Below, one piece after another: positions 7,943-15,538 of a stretch of 32,000 nucleotides of DNA; position 1 is the first letter of the stretch, and each line of letters opens with the position of its first letter. Source of the DNA: an uncultured Chloroflexia bacterium (lineage in GTDB: Bacteria; Chloroflexota; Ktedonobacteria; Ktedonobacterales; JADMIN01); assembly GCA_963718915.1 (NCBI GenBank), contig CAVRAI010000003.1:420001-452000 (forward strand). Direction: 5' to 3'. The notes below the pieces were generated by a model. It was not told the origin of the DNA, did not search any database, and was given only the letters and a program-made list of their open reading frames with translations. Position numbers and translations under genes: made by a program.

Positions 7943-8011
7943 GAGTCCGCGCAGGCGGACTTCGTGGCGGAACGCAGTGAGGCCGTTCAGGCGCGGTTTT
8001 AACCGCCAGCC
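7943..8011 (+). repeat. A-family REP-like repeat, copy A1
   Basis: Hairpin 1 is AGTCCGC-gcag-GCGGACT and hairpin 2 is GCGGT-ttta-ACCGC, followed by CAGCC. It has the same layout as A2-A4. It ends 4 nt before the stop codon (8016-8018) of the minus-strand VOC gene. Confidence 0.85.
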
Positions 8012-8015
8012 ACGT

Positions 8016-8399
8016 TCATACCTGCACGAGTTGTATCAGGTTGCCACAGGTATCGTCCAAGACCGCGACAGTGGTTGGCCCCATGCTCGTCGGCTCCATC
8101 GTGAAGCGCACACCCCGCGCCTTCAAATCCTCGTATTCCGCCTGAATATCGTCCACAACGAACGTCGCGGCTGATATACCCTGCTGAAAAATCGCCTGCT
8201 GATACGTCGCGGCAGCCGGATTGTCGTTCGGCTCCAGCAGTAGCTTGGCCGCATCTGGCTCTTCGGGCGAGGCTACGGTAATCCAGCGAAACTGCCCCAC
8301 CGGGAAATCCTGCGTCTTCACGAAATTGAGTATCTCGGTATAGAACCGTAGCGCCTTGTCCTGGTCGTCTACGAAGACACTGGTGAGCTTGATCTTCAT
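8016..8399 (-). CDS. VOC/glyoxalase-bleomycin-resistance family protein
   Basis: 'MKIKLTSVFVDDQDKALRFYTEILNF' and 'VVDDIQAEYEDLKARGVRF' are typical VOC beta-alpha-beta modules. I chose ATG 8399 (SD AGGAGG at 8404-8409) over the longer ORF start at 8486, which would overlap the upstream paralogue. Confidence 0.85.
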   Translation of the reverse strand: MKIKLTSVFVDDQDKALRFYTEILNFVKTQDFPVGQFRWITVASPEEPDAAKLLLEPNDNPAAATYQQAIFQQGISAATFVVDDIQAEYEDLKARGVRFTMEPTSMGPTTVAVLDDTCGNLIQLVQV

Positions 8400-8409
8400 G
8401 CGTCGCCTC

Positions 8410-8853
8410 CTAATTCGCGGGCGCCTCAGGCATCTCAGGCATCTCAGGCATCTCAGCCGGTTGCAGCAGGCTGAACGAGTTGCCATACAAATCCTGGAAG
8501 ACCGCCTCGACGCCGTAGGGCTGATCCTGCGGCGGGCTGCTAAACGTCACGCCGCGGCCTTTGAGCGTTTCATAGTCGGCGCGGCAGTCATCGGTGGCGA
8601 AGACCCAGGTCGTCCCCTGGCCGACGCGCTCGCCGATCTTCTGGGCGAACTCCTCGCCATGCATCGCGGGCACTGGTTCCTGCAAGACGATCTCAATGTC
8701 GGCCTGCCTAGCGGGGGAGACGGTGAGCCAGCGTGCGCCGGGGCCGAACACAATGTCCGAGCGTTTCTCCAGGCCAAGCTGCTCGGTGTAGAAGCGCAGG
8801 GCCTCATCCTGATTGTGGACGTAGATGGTGACGCGGGCAAGACGGGTAATCAT
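8410..8853 (-). CDS. VOC/glyoxalase family protein with a repeat-encoded C-terminal tail
   Basis: 'VTIYVHNQDEALRFYTEQLGL' and 'TDDCRADYETLKGRGVTF' are present. SD AGGAGG lies 8 nt before ATG 8853. The tail 'AEMPEMPEMPEAPAN' is encoded by a 9-bp tandem repeat. Confidence 0.85.
   Translation of the reverse strand: MITRLARVTIYVHNQDEALRFYTEQLGLEKRSDIVFGPGARWLTVSPARQADIEIVLQEPVPAMHGEEFAQKIGERVGQGTTWVFATDDCRADYETLKGRGVTFSSPPQDQPYGVEAVFQDLYGNSFSLLQPAEMPEMPEMPEAPAN
8422..8457. repeat. In-frame 9-bp tandem repeat (CATCTCAGG x3 plus one degenerate copy)
   Basis: Units lie at 8431-8439, 8440-8448 and 8449-8457, preceded by the degenerate copy GCGCCTCAGG. They encode (EMP)x3 at the C-terminus of the VOC protein. 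Confidence 0.95.
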
Positions 8854-9015
8854 CGGTCATTCCTCCTGAACTGAGGCAAAGCGACGCTATTTTGGCGCGA
8901 AGGGCGCTCGCCCTTCTTTGATGAGACGACGGGCAATGCTTTGCCATTCCCGACCATCACGCCAAAACCGGTATCGCTTGCCCGAAGAGGATACGCCAAT
9001 GTATACCCTGGCGTC

Positions 9016-10119
9016 TCACCCGGCGAAGGCCTTGTCATCATCAGGGCTCGCGCGAAGAGATTCGTCGTCCTTGCGGCTTCTGGAACTGCCGAAGAGGGGG
9101 TCATCGGTCCAGAAATAGGGGCTGGTTGAATCGGATGCTGGTGGCGCAAAGGCCTCAGGAGGTGTCGGCTCCGGGCGCCCCAGAAGATCGACCAGCGCCC
9201 GTTTCAGGTGGGCGTCGTCGGTCTCCAGCGCTCGATCCAGACGTGCGAACCATCCAGCATGGCGGTGCAGGTCTTCCGTCGCGATCACGAATGGCCAGAA
9301 CCGGCCATGTTCGAGGACGTACTTTGTCCAGAGGATATCCTGCGGGCTGTGGATGGGAGGAACCCGCGGCGCGTAGAGGACGGGAACGCCAAGCCGCCTC
9401 ACCACCTGGCGCGCGCCCTTATCCACATGCCCGATGATCGCGTCAATATGCATCTGGGGATCGCGCGCCAGACACGACATGGTATAGAAGCCCTCGATGA
9501 GCGCGGCGAAGCTGAGCGGGTTTGTCAGGGCGCGATTGCTCAGCAGGCAGGTAAGTTCGTAGACACGATCGATTGGCAGCGCGGCCAGTGCGGGCAGGGA
9601 GGCTAACATATCAGGCCCGGATTGATCGTACTCTGTCGGGAAGAGCGGCCGGTCGCGGTCGCCGATGCGCGGCGTCCGGGTCGGCGCCGACCCATTGAGC
9701 GCGTGGTCGTGCGCGAGTGATGGCGCGGCTTGCAGGCAGAAGTACGCCAGCACGCGGTAATCGGACTGGACGCCGACGAGAATGTGAATCGTCCTGTCGG
9801 GGCATTGCGCAAGCATTGGATCGACCAGAAGCCGTTGTTTCCTGACTTCCGCGAGGTCATACCAGCCGCAGAGTGCGAACTGTTGTAGGCGAAATACGCC
9901 TAACGCGGCACGCTGGCGGGCAGTCAGCGACCCATGCCGTATCGCCATGCTCACGAGTCCCGTGCCAGATCGCACACGGTGGAGAAGCGGCGCCTCAGCC
10001 GGAGTCGTGAAAAGATCGGGGTAGCGCGCCTGACGCTGTTCGTGCGCATAGATATCCTGAAGCGCGGAACTTTCGATCCACGCTCCGGTGTCCAGGTCCT
10101 CAGAGACTCTCCGCTGCAT
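9016..10119 (-). CDS. Hypothetical protein with possible autoinducer-synthase/N-acyl-amino-acid-synthase-like (GNAT-related) core
   Basis: The ORF is long and has non-shadow composition. The motif order 'FRLQQFALCGW', 'VLAYFCLQA', 'PLFPTEY', 'YELTCLL', 'ARQVVRRLGVPV' parallels LuxI's RYQVF..W, WRLLPT, ELSRF and RFLKRIKVP, with similar spacing. This comparison is from memory and is not a search result. The SD is weak, so the start is uncertain. Confidence 0.6.
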   Translation of the reverse strand: MQRRVSEDLDTGAWIESSALQDIYAHEQRQARYPDLFTTPAEAPLLHRVRSGTGLVSMAIRHGSLTARQRAALGVFRLQQFALCGWYDLAEVRKQRLLVDPMLAQCPDRTIHILVGVQSDYRVLAYFCLQAAPSLAHDHALNGSAPTRTPRIGDRDRPLFPTEYDQSGPDMLASLPALAALPIDRVYELTCLLSNRALTNPLSFAALIEGFYTMSCLARDPQMHIDAIIGHVDKGARQVVRRLGVPVLYAPRVPPIHSPQDILWTKYVLEHGRFWPFVIATEDLHRHAGWFARLDRALETDDAHLKRALVDLLGRPEPTPPEAFAPPASDSTSPYFWTDDPLFGSSRSRKDDESLRASPDDDKAFAG

Positions 10120-10253
10120 CCTTTGCCCTGCTTTCTGTCCTCGCTATCCAGTCCCATTTCCTGATGCGCCTCGGCCCCTTCCTGAGTCGATGGAGCCACG
10201 CAATGCCTTGCTAGTGGTGCTGTGTGCTAGTAGTGCTTGTGCTGCTGTTGTTG

Positions 10254-11429
10254 CTAGTGGTGATCTGGTGGCGGGTGCAGTGCGGGCCAATCGCTCGGTG
10301 GCTCGACAAACTGGCTGCTATGGCTCCAGCCGCCCGGCTCCGACCCTGACGCCTGGCCGTACGGCAGCGAGCCTCCCTGTGGCGTGGAGCCACCGGATGC
10401 GGCAGAATGGAAGAATTGCACGAGCGGATCGACGAAGGTGCCGGATAGCTCCGGCCAGTGTGGCTGACGCCCGGCCTGTGCGTCGCGCAGCGCGGCCAGC
10501 AAGCGCTGTGTTTCCTCGAAGGCCCGCTGCATCTGGACGTCCGCGGCTGCCAGGCGCTGCATGCGCCCAATGAGGTTGTTGAGCGAGACGGAGACCTGCC
10601 AGAGGATGTTGTCACGCTGCAACGTCGGCGCACGCGCGCCGAAGTCACCGTTTGCCAGGCGCACATGTGTCTGTAGCAACTGCGTAACGCCGATCTCCAG
10701 CTGGCGTCGTTGCTCAGCCACCGCATGCTCCAGTTGAGCGATCTCCTCAGCACGGTCAGCGCGGCGAATTGCGCGCTCGGCGCCGACGACCCAGAGTATC
10801 GCGACGACGGTGATGATAATGTGAAGCCCAACTGGCCGACCGAGCAACGACAGCACGCCGATGGAGGGGTCGGGATAACTGGCGAGGTCAGTCACCAGGT
10901 CTGGAGCATGCGGCTGCAAGAAGAAGTCTCCGCAAATCAGCGCGATGTTGAGGGCGGAGACGATGACGGCGGAAATCGGCCCGAGGATCGAGGCGGCGAT
11001 GAGGACCGCCGCCAGCATCAGGTCGTAGGCTGGCAATGAATCGACGGTCATGCTGCCAGAAGAAAGCAGTGATCCCATGACGCCCACGTCGACAAGCGCC
11101 ACCACCAGCCAGCCGACAAATACGATGCGGCCAATCCGATTAAAAAAGATACCGGCGAGCAGGCCTACAAATACCACGCCGATTGCCGCCAGCGTGCCAG
11201 AATCACTCAGCCCGATGGGAATGAGCAGCGCGTCGACGATCAGGAAGGCAAGCAGGATCCAGGAGGCTAGCTGGCTGCGCCGAACTCGCTCGCGCTCCTC
11301 AATCGTGCGCTGGCCGCCGTAGGAGCCATAACTCGTCGCGCGTACCCACCAGCTGCCTCCCGCTGCTCGGGATGGGTGGCGGTTTTGCCACTGTGATGCA
11401 TCGTCGGTGGAATCAGGCCAATGATCCAT
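10254..11429 (-). CDS. Multi-pass membrane protein with HAMP-like and coiled-coil C-terminal region, no output domain
   Basis: About 6 hydrophobic helices span aa 55-225. They are followed by 'LLQTHVRLANGDFGARAPTLQRDNILWQVSVSLNNLIGRM', which fits a HAMP-like pattern (G-D-F..R.P...D.I..L..S.N.L). SD GGAGG precedes ATG 11429. Confidence 0.75.
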   Translation of the reverse strand: MDHWPDSTDDASQWQNRHPSRAAGGSWWVRATSYGSYGGQRTIEERERVRRSQLASWILLAFLIVDALLIPIGLSDSGTLAAIGVVFVGLLAGIFFNRIGRIVFVGWLVVALVDVGVMGSLLSSGSMTVDSLPAYDLMLAAVLIAASILGPISAVIVSALNIALICGDFFLQPHAPDLVTDLASYPDPSIGVLSLLGRPVGLHIIITVVAILWVVGAERAIRRADRAEEIAQLEHAVAEQRRQLEIGVTQLLQTHVRLANGDFGARAPTLQRDNILWQVSVSLNNLIGRMQRLAAADVQMQRAFEETQRLLAALRDAQAGRQPHWPELSGTFVDPLVQFFHSAASGGSTPQGGSLPYGQASGSEPGGWSHSSQFVEPPSDWPALHPPPDHH

Positions 11430-12007
11430 CTGCTACCTCCACACCAACCCTTGGGTTTCGCGAGGACACACGTCATATCCTCGTACACCTCAACTACGCT
11501 GACGAACGCGGGGTCACGTGCTATAACATGGATAACCATCAGCCTGCGTCAGTATTAGTACGTAGTGTGCGGCATCGAGTAACAATCTGTCAATGCAGTT
11601 TAGCATAGCATGATATGAGTGGTAGCGGGAGCGTATGGCACAATTGGCACGATTGGCGCGCCTGATAAACCTGACGATCACATGGCCTCAGAGCGGTATC
11701 GGGTAGGTGAACGGTCTGGACTATCCGCATTGTATCAGGCGTATCCAGAGAGGTCTATGCAGCGCTTCATAGAGCAGGTGAATCGCGCCGCCTCACCCCA
11801 TCGAACAGGCGCTCGTGATTCGCTCGCTTTGGGACTGTACGATAGTTGCCTTGCGCTGGCATTTGCTGTATCCTGCAAGGCGCTGATGCGCGTCCCAAAA
11901 TCGCGATCAATCGCAGGCGATACGGGCAATGGATGGGAGAAGCGCGATGTCGACCGGAATTGACGATATGACTGCTCGTCGGCCTCGTACCAATCCCGAC
12001 CGGTCGG

Positions 12008-13321
12008 TTGGGCGGATTCGCCGGGCCGCGATCGCAGGTGGTGCTGCTTCTCGCCTTCGGGCTTGATCTGCTGCTGTATAGCCTGATCGTGCCGTTTCTG
12101 CCACAGGAGGCAAAGCGTCTTGGGGCGTCTCCGCTCGTTATTGGAATCCTCTTTGCCATGTATGCCGTGGGTCTGTTTGCCGCCGCTCCCCTGGCCGCAT
12201 GGCTCACCGATCGCGCCGGGGCGCGCTGGACGCTCCTGCTGGGGCTGGTGATTCTGGGTGGCTCGACACTGCTCTTCGCCTACTCGTTCGCGCTTGGGCT
12301 GGGTTTGCCCGGGCTATTCGTCGCGCGCACCGCGCAGGGAGGCGCCAGCGCGTTGACCTGGACGGCGGGCCTGGCGATCCTCGTGCAGCTCTACCCCGCC
12401 GAGGCGCGCGCACGCATCTTCGCCCGTGCCTTCACCGCCGCTGGCCTTGGCGCGCTGATCGGCCCACCGCTGGGCGGCGTGCTCTACTCATTTGGCGGCT
12501 TCACGCTGCCTTTTCTGGTGGCCACGGGGCTCGTTGTGCTCGATGGCATTGGCCGCCTGCTGCTGCTCCCTGGCAATCGGCTGCTGCCCGCCACCCGCCC
12601 AGAGCCAGCGGCGAGGCGCACGCTGTTGCGCGATCCCGCCTTTCGGCTGGGATTGGCGGCCACGGTCGCGGGGGCGCTGGCCCTCTCCTCGCTTGAGCCA
12701 GTGACGCCGTTGCTTCTGGGCGGCTCATTTGGCATGCCCGCCTGGGGTATCGGCGTGGCATTTGCTGCCCTTGCCGTCTGCTTCGTGCTGATGCAGCCGC
12801 TCGTCAGCCGTTCAGAGCGGCGATTGGGGACCAAGGAGACCATCTGCGCCGGGCTACTGGTCGCGGCGCTCAGTTTTCTGGGGATCGCTTATGTCTCCAG
12901 CCATAGCAATGATCTTGGCGTCGTCGCGAGCATTCCCGCCATCTCATTGCTGGGGCCTGATATACAGTTACAGTCCATCAGGCTGGCGCTCGTTCTGGTC
13001 GTGGCGCTGCTGGCGCTCGTGGGATGCGCGCTCGCGTTCGTGCTGATTCCCGCGCCGGAACTGCTCACCGGCAGCGGGCAGCGGCTGGCGGGGCTAAGCG
13101 GCGTCGCGTATGGCGCGATCTTTGCCGCCTATAGCGCCGCCGATGCCCTTGGCATTCTCGCGGGTCCGGTGCTTACGGGCGGCGCTGTCGTGGCGCGGGG
13201 AGTTGCGCAGAGCTTTCTGCTGCTGGCGCTCGCGCCCGCCATCTGCGCGCTGCTCCTATCCCTATTTTTCTGGCGGGTACGACTACGCGGATCCGCACGT
13301 GAGAAAGCCAGCGAATCGTAA
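12008..13321 (+). CDS. MFS transporter
   Basis: There are 12-14 hydrophobic segments and a motif-A-like 'WLTDRAGARWTLLLG'. The frame opens at 11972. The start is TTG 12008 or GTG 12035/12038. Confidence 0.85.
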   Translation: MGGFAGPRSQVVLLLAFGLDLLLYSLIVPFLPQEAKRLGASPLVIGILFAMYAVGLFAAAPLAAWLTDRAGARWTLLLGLVILGGSTLLFAYSFALGLGLPGLFVARTAQGGASALTWTAGLAILVQLYPAEARARIFARAFTAAGLGALIGPPLGGVLYSFGGFTLPFLVATGLVVLDGIGRLLLLPGNRLLPATRPEPAARRTLLRDPAFRLGLAATVAGALALSSLEPVTPLLLGGSFGMPAWGIGVAFAALAVCFVLMQPLVSRSERRLGTKETICAGLLVAALSFLGIAYVSSHSNDLGVVASIPAISLLGPDIQLQSIRLALVLVVALLALVGCALAFVLIPAPELLTGSGQRLAGLSGVAYGAIFAAYSAADALGILAGPVLTGGAVVARGVAQSFLLLALAPAICALLLSLFFWRVRLRGSAREKASES

Positions 13322-13412
13322 CGGTCGCCCGCCTTGAAATGCCCCGAGAGGCTCCGACTCTCTATATGGTTGCCGCGTTACTCATCGGCGTCCCTGGTGC
13401 GATAACTTCTGC

Positions 13413-13461
13413 TAGCCCGCGCAGGTGGGCTTCGCGGCGGAACGCCCATAGGCGCGGCTTA
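13413..13461 (+). repeat. A-family REP-like repeat, copy A2 (left part; continues at 13627-13640 after the MITE)
   Basis: TAGCCCGCGCAGGTGGGC is hairpin 1, with a G-U wobble. It continues ...TAGGCGCGGCTTA, is interrupted, and resumes as TTAGCCGCCAGCG at 13627. Confidence 0.85.
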
Positions 13462-13626
13462 TGTCGTTTTAGAAAATAGGAGGGACACGGGCATTCCGGT
13501 GGGGTGAGCAGGCCGTAGCGTTCACGCTACGGCGAATTTCCCGCTCTCTCTGGCCCATTCGCTGGCAGGCTCCGGCTCGCTCTCGCCCACCCCAGCACGC
13601 TGTACGGGGTTATTTCTAAAACGACA
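13462..13626 (+). mobile_element. B-family MITE, copy B2: 165 bp with terminal inverted repeats, flanked by a TTA target-site duplication
   Basis: The left TIR is TGTCGTTTTAGAAAATA (13462-13478). The right TIR is TATTTCTAAAACGACA (13611-13626). TTA occurs at 13459-61 and again at 13627-29. The internal hairpin CCGTAGCG-TTCA-CGCTACGG lies at 13513-13532. It contains no ORF. Confidence 0.85.
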
Positions 13627-13664
13627 TTAGCCGCCAGCGCCTTATTACCCGCAATGAATGAATA

Positions 13665-14414
13665 CTAGCGATAGCCGCCGTAGATCGCGTGCCCCGCGAG
13701 CATCCAGAAGCAGTCCGCGACCGAGAAGCCCGCCGCGCGCAGCCATTGCATCTGGTCGGCCAGTGGCGAGGGATGGTCTATCGGGTCTTCCTCGGTCAGC
13801 TCGTAATAGTTCCACTCGGCGTCGCGGAACTGCTGATACAGGCTGAGGTCGCCCGCAAGCACCTGACTTTGTATCTGTGCCGCGGTATTCCACTGGTCGG
13901 CGAAGAGCAGCCGCACGCGATCACTGGCGGGCGCGACCAGGTCGGCCAGCAAGAGTGCGCCCCCCGGCTCCAGTCGTCCCGCCACATCGGCGAACAGTTG
14001 ACGCTTGCCTTCGTGTGTCAGGTGGTGGACCACCAGCGACGAGAGCACGCAGCGTAGCGGCGAGGGCAGCGCCTCACGCCAGGCAGTATCGGCTAGCTCG
14101 AACGGGCCAATCGTCACGCGGTCGCCGTAGGGGGCCAGTTTCTCGCGCAGTTCCGCTCGCATTGTCTCCGAGCCATCCAGCGCGTGATAGTGACAGTTGG
14201 GATAGGCGTCCAGCACAGCGCGCGCCAGTAGCCCACCGCCCGCGCCAAGCTCGACGGCGGTAAAGGTTTCGTCGGCCTCGGCGGGGATCAGCGCGCAGAG
14301 CGTCGCAATCTGCTGCTCGCGCATCGGCACGGCCACATCGTCGAGGGTCAGAAAAAGGGCGGAATTGTCCTCCGACCAGTGTTGGGGCGCACTATCGTCT
14401 GCCATGCGGGACAT
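13665..14414 (-). CDS. Class I SAM-dependent methyltransferase
   Basis: Motif I is 'AVELGAGGGLLA', with 'HALDGSETM' and 'LLLADLV' also present. The alternative start ATG 14405 has better SD spacing (AAAGGA, 8 nt). Confidence 0.9.
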   Translation of the reverse strand: MSRMADDSAPQHWSEDNSALFLTLDDVAVPMREQQIATLCALIPAEADETFTAVELGAGGGLLARAVLDAYPNCHYHALDGSETMRAELREKLAPYGDRVTIGPFELADTAWREALPSPLRCVLSSLVVHHLTHEGKRQLFADVAGRLEPGGALLLADLVAPASDRVRLLFADQWNTAAQIQSQVLAGDLSLYQQFRDAEWNYYELTEEDPIDHPSPLADQMQWLRAAGFSVADCFWMLAGHAIYGGYR

Positions 14415-14423
14415 CCTTTCGTT

Positions 14424-14714
14424 TCAGCGCGTGCGATCTTTCCAGTTCCACCACTTGAGCAAGTCAGGATCATGCTGCTCTTCGCTGGCGAAGTAGACGG
14501 CGCAGCGAAACGTATAGAGCACGCAGCGATCGATATGGGCGCCACGGAGCGCACACAGGTGATCGTAGAGCGCCTCCGGGTCGGCGCGGCGCAGGTCAGC
14601 CACTCGCGCAATACCCAGGTCGCGCAGATCCCGCGCGATGCTCTTGCCAACACCGGGAATGCGCAGCAGGTCGTCGGTCGTGCTCGTCGTCTCAGTCCTG
14701 GCTGTAGCAGGCAT
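14424..14714 (-). CDS. Helix-hairpin-helix domain protein (Cdd1/'pathogenicity locus'-like small HhH family)
   Basis: 'LLRIPGVGKSIARDLRDLGI' is an HhH motif. It is followed by 'ADPEALYDHLCALRG..DRCVLY', as in the roughly 90-aa HhH family (recalled from memory). SD GGGAG precedes ATG 14714. Confidence 0.7.
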   Translation of the reverse strand: MPATARTETTSTTDDLLRIPGVGKSIARDLRDLGIARVADLRRADPEALYDHLCALRGAHIDRCVLYTFRCAVYFASEEQHDPDLLKWWNWKDRTR

Positions 14715-14823
14715 GGTGGTTCTCCCTTCCAGAGTCTATCGCGTACTGAAGCGAAATGACAGTCAGATATTCCGCTGGATTGGAGAAGAAGTGGAACAGG
14801 AGTTCTTGCCAGTCAGACATTTG

Positions 14824-15480
14824 CTAGATGACGGGATAGCCCTGCCGCCAGCGATAGATACACCAGCCGATCACCACCAGCGAGACGACCGCCACCACCA
14901 CTTTCTCGACCCACGTGCCCGACTTGAAGCGCCACTTGTAGTTTGGGGGGAAGCCGAAGCGCGTATGCGCGGGCCAGAGCCAGGGGACGCCGCCGGTGGT
15001 CAGGCTATCGGCGACGAGATGCAGGAAGTAGCCGACGAGCAGGCCGACGAATGCCACGCCCAGCCCCTGCGCCACGTTGAAGCCGGGCACGACTCCGGTG
15101 AGCACGTCGCCGAGGTGGCGTGTGGCGCTATCCGCCCCCGTTTGTTCCAACGCCAGGCCGATGCCACGTTGCGCGCCCCAGATGACCGCCCCAACCACGA
15201 CCAGTCCAATGATGCTATGGAAGAACCGCCGATGCCCGGCAATATGCTGGATGCCTTTGCTGACAGGGCCGAGGCGTCTGCCGAGTGTGCTGCGCGCGTT
15301 GTCGATGTCTGGCGTGAGCGCGCCCAGCGCCGCGAAGCCGTAGAAGATGGCCTTCTGCGCGACCAATGCGCCCGTGATGGCGGTCGAGCCGCCAAGGATG
15401 GCTGGCCCGGAGAGATGAAAAATACTGTCAGCCGCCACCGCGCCCGCGAGGCCAAAGACTACATGCGACGAACCGTTCAC
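14824..15480 (-). CDS. Membrane-bound metal-dependent hydrolase (YdjM/DUF457-like)
   Basis: The protein is hydrophobic, with an N-terminal 'SSH', 'PDIDN', 'HRRFFHS' and 'LHLVADSLT' His/Asp pattern. I chose GTG 15480, with SD GAGGAGGG 5 nt upstream, over the longer ORF start at 15528. Confidence 0.75.
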   Translation of the reverse strand: MNGSSHVVFGLAGAVAADSIFHLSGPAILGGSTAITGALVAQKAIFYGFAALGALTPDIDNARSTLGRRLGPVSKGIQHIAGHRRFFHSIIGLVVVGAVIWGAQRGIGLALEQTGADSATRHLGDVLTGVVPGFNVAQGLGVAFVGLLVGYFLHLVADSLTTGGVPWLWPAHTRFGFPPNYKWRFKSGTWVEKVVVAVVSLVVIGWCIYRWRQGYPVI

Positions 15481-15538
15481 CCGCACCCTCCTCAAAAAGC
15501 CAGGCCACGATGCCCGGCAGTGTTCCACCTATTCGTAG

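Noticed and set aside
8431-8439. The 9-mer CATCTCAGG shared between the VOC tail repeat and position 25871-25879, near the lipoprotein repeat
   Set aside because: A single shared 9-mer within 64 kb of two-strand sequence is expected by chance at appreciable frequency. The flanks are unrelated.
8899-8916. Hairpin GAAGGGC-gctc-GCCCTTC considered as the terminator of the 9016..10119 gene
   Set aside because: The T-rich tract lies on the wrong side for a minus-strand terminator, and there is no plus-strand gene upstream. Its function is unclear, so I did not annotate it.
11619-11963. A 114-aa ORF in the divergent gap upstream of the MFS gene
   Set aside because: It has no SD and a GTG start inside a 9-bp repeat. 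The composition is unconvincing and I recognise no motif. It is kept only as a note in a finding.
14692-14820. A 42-codon minus-strand ORF (MSDWQELLFHFFSNPAEYL...) between the hydrolase and the HhH gene
   Set aside because: It starts 3 nt after the upstream stop but has no SD. It overlaps the HhH gene start by 23 nt, and I recognise no homology. The evidence is insufficient to call it.
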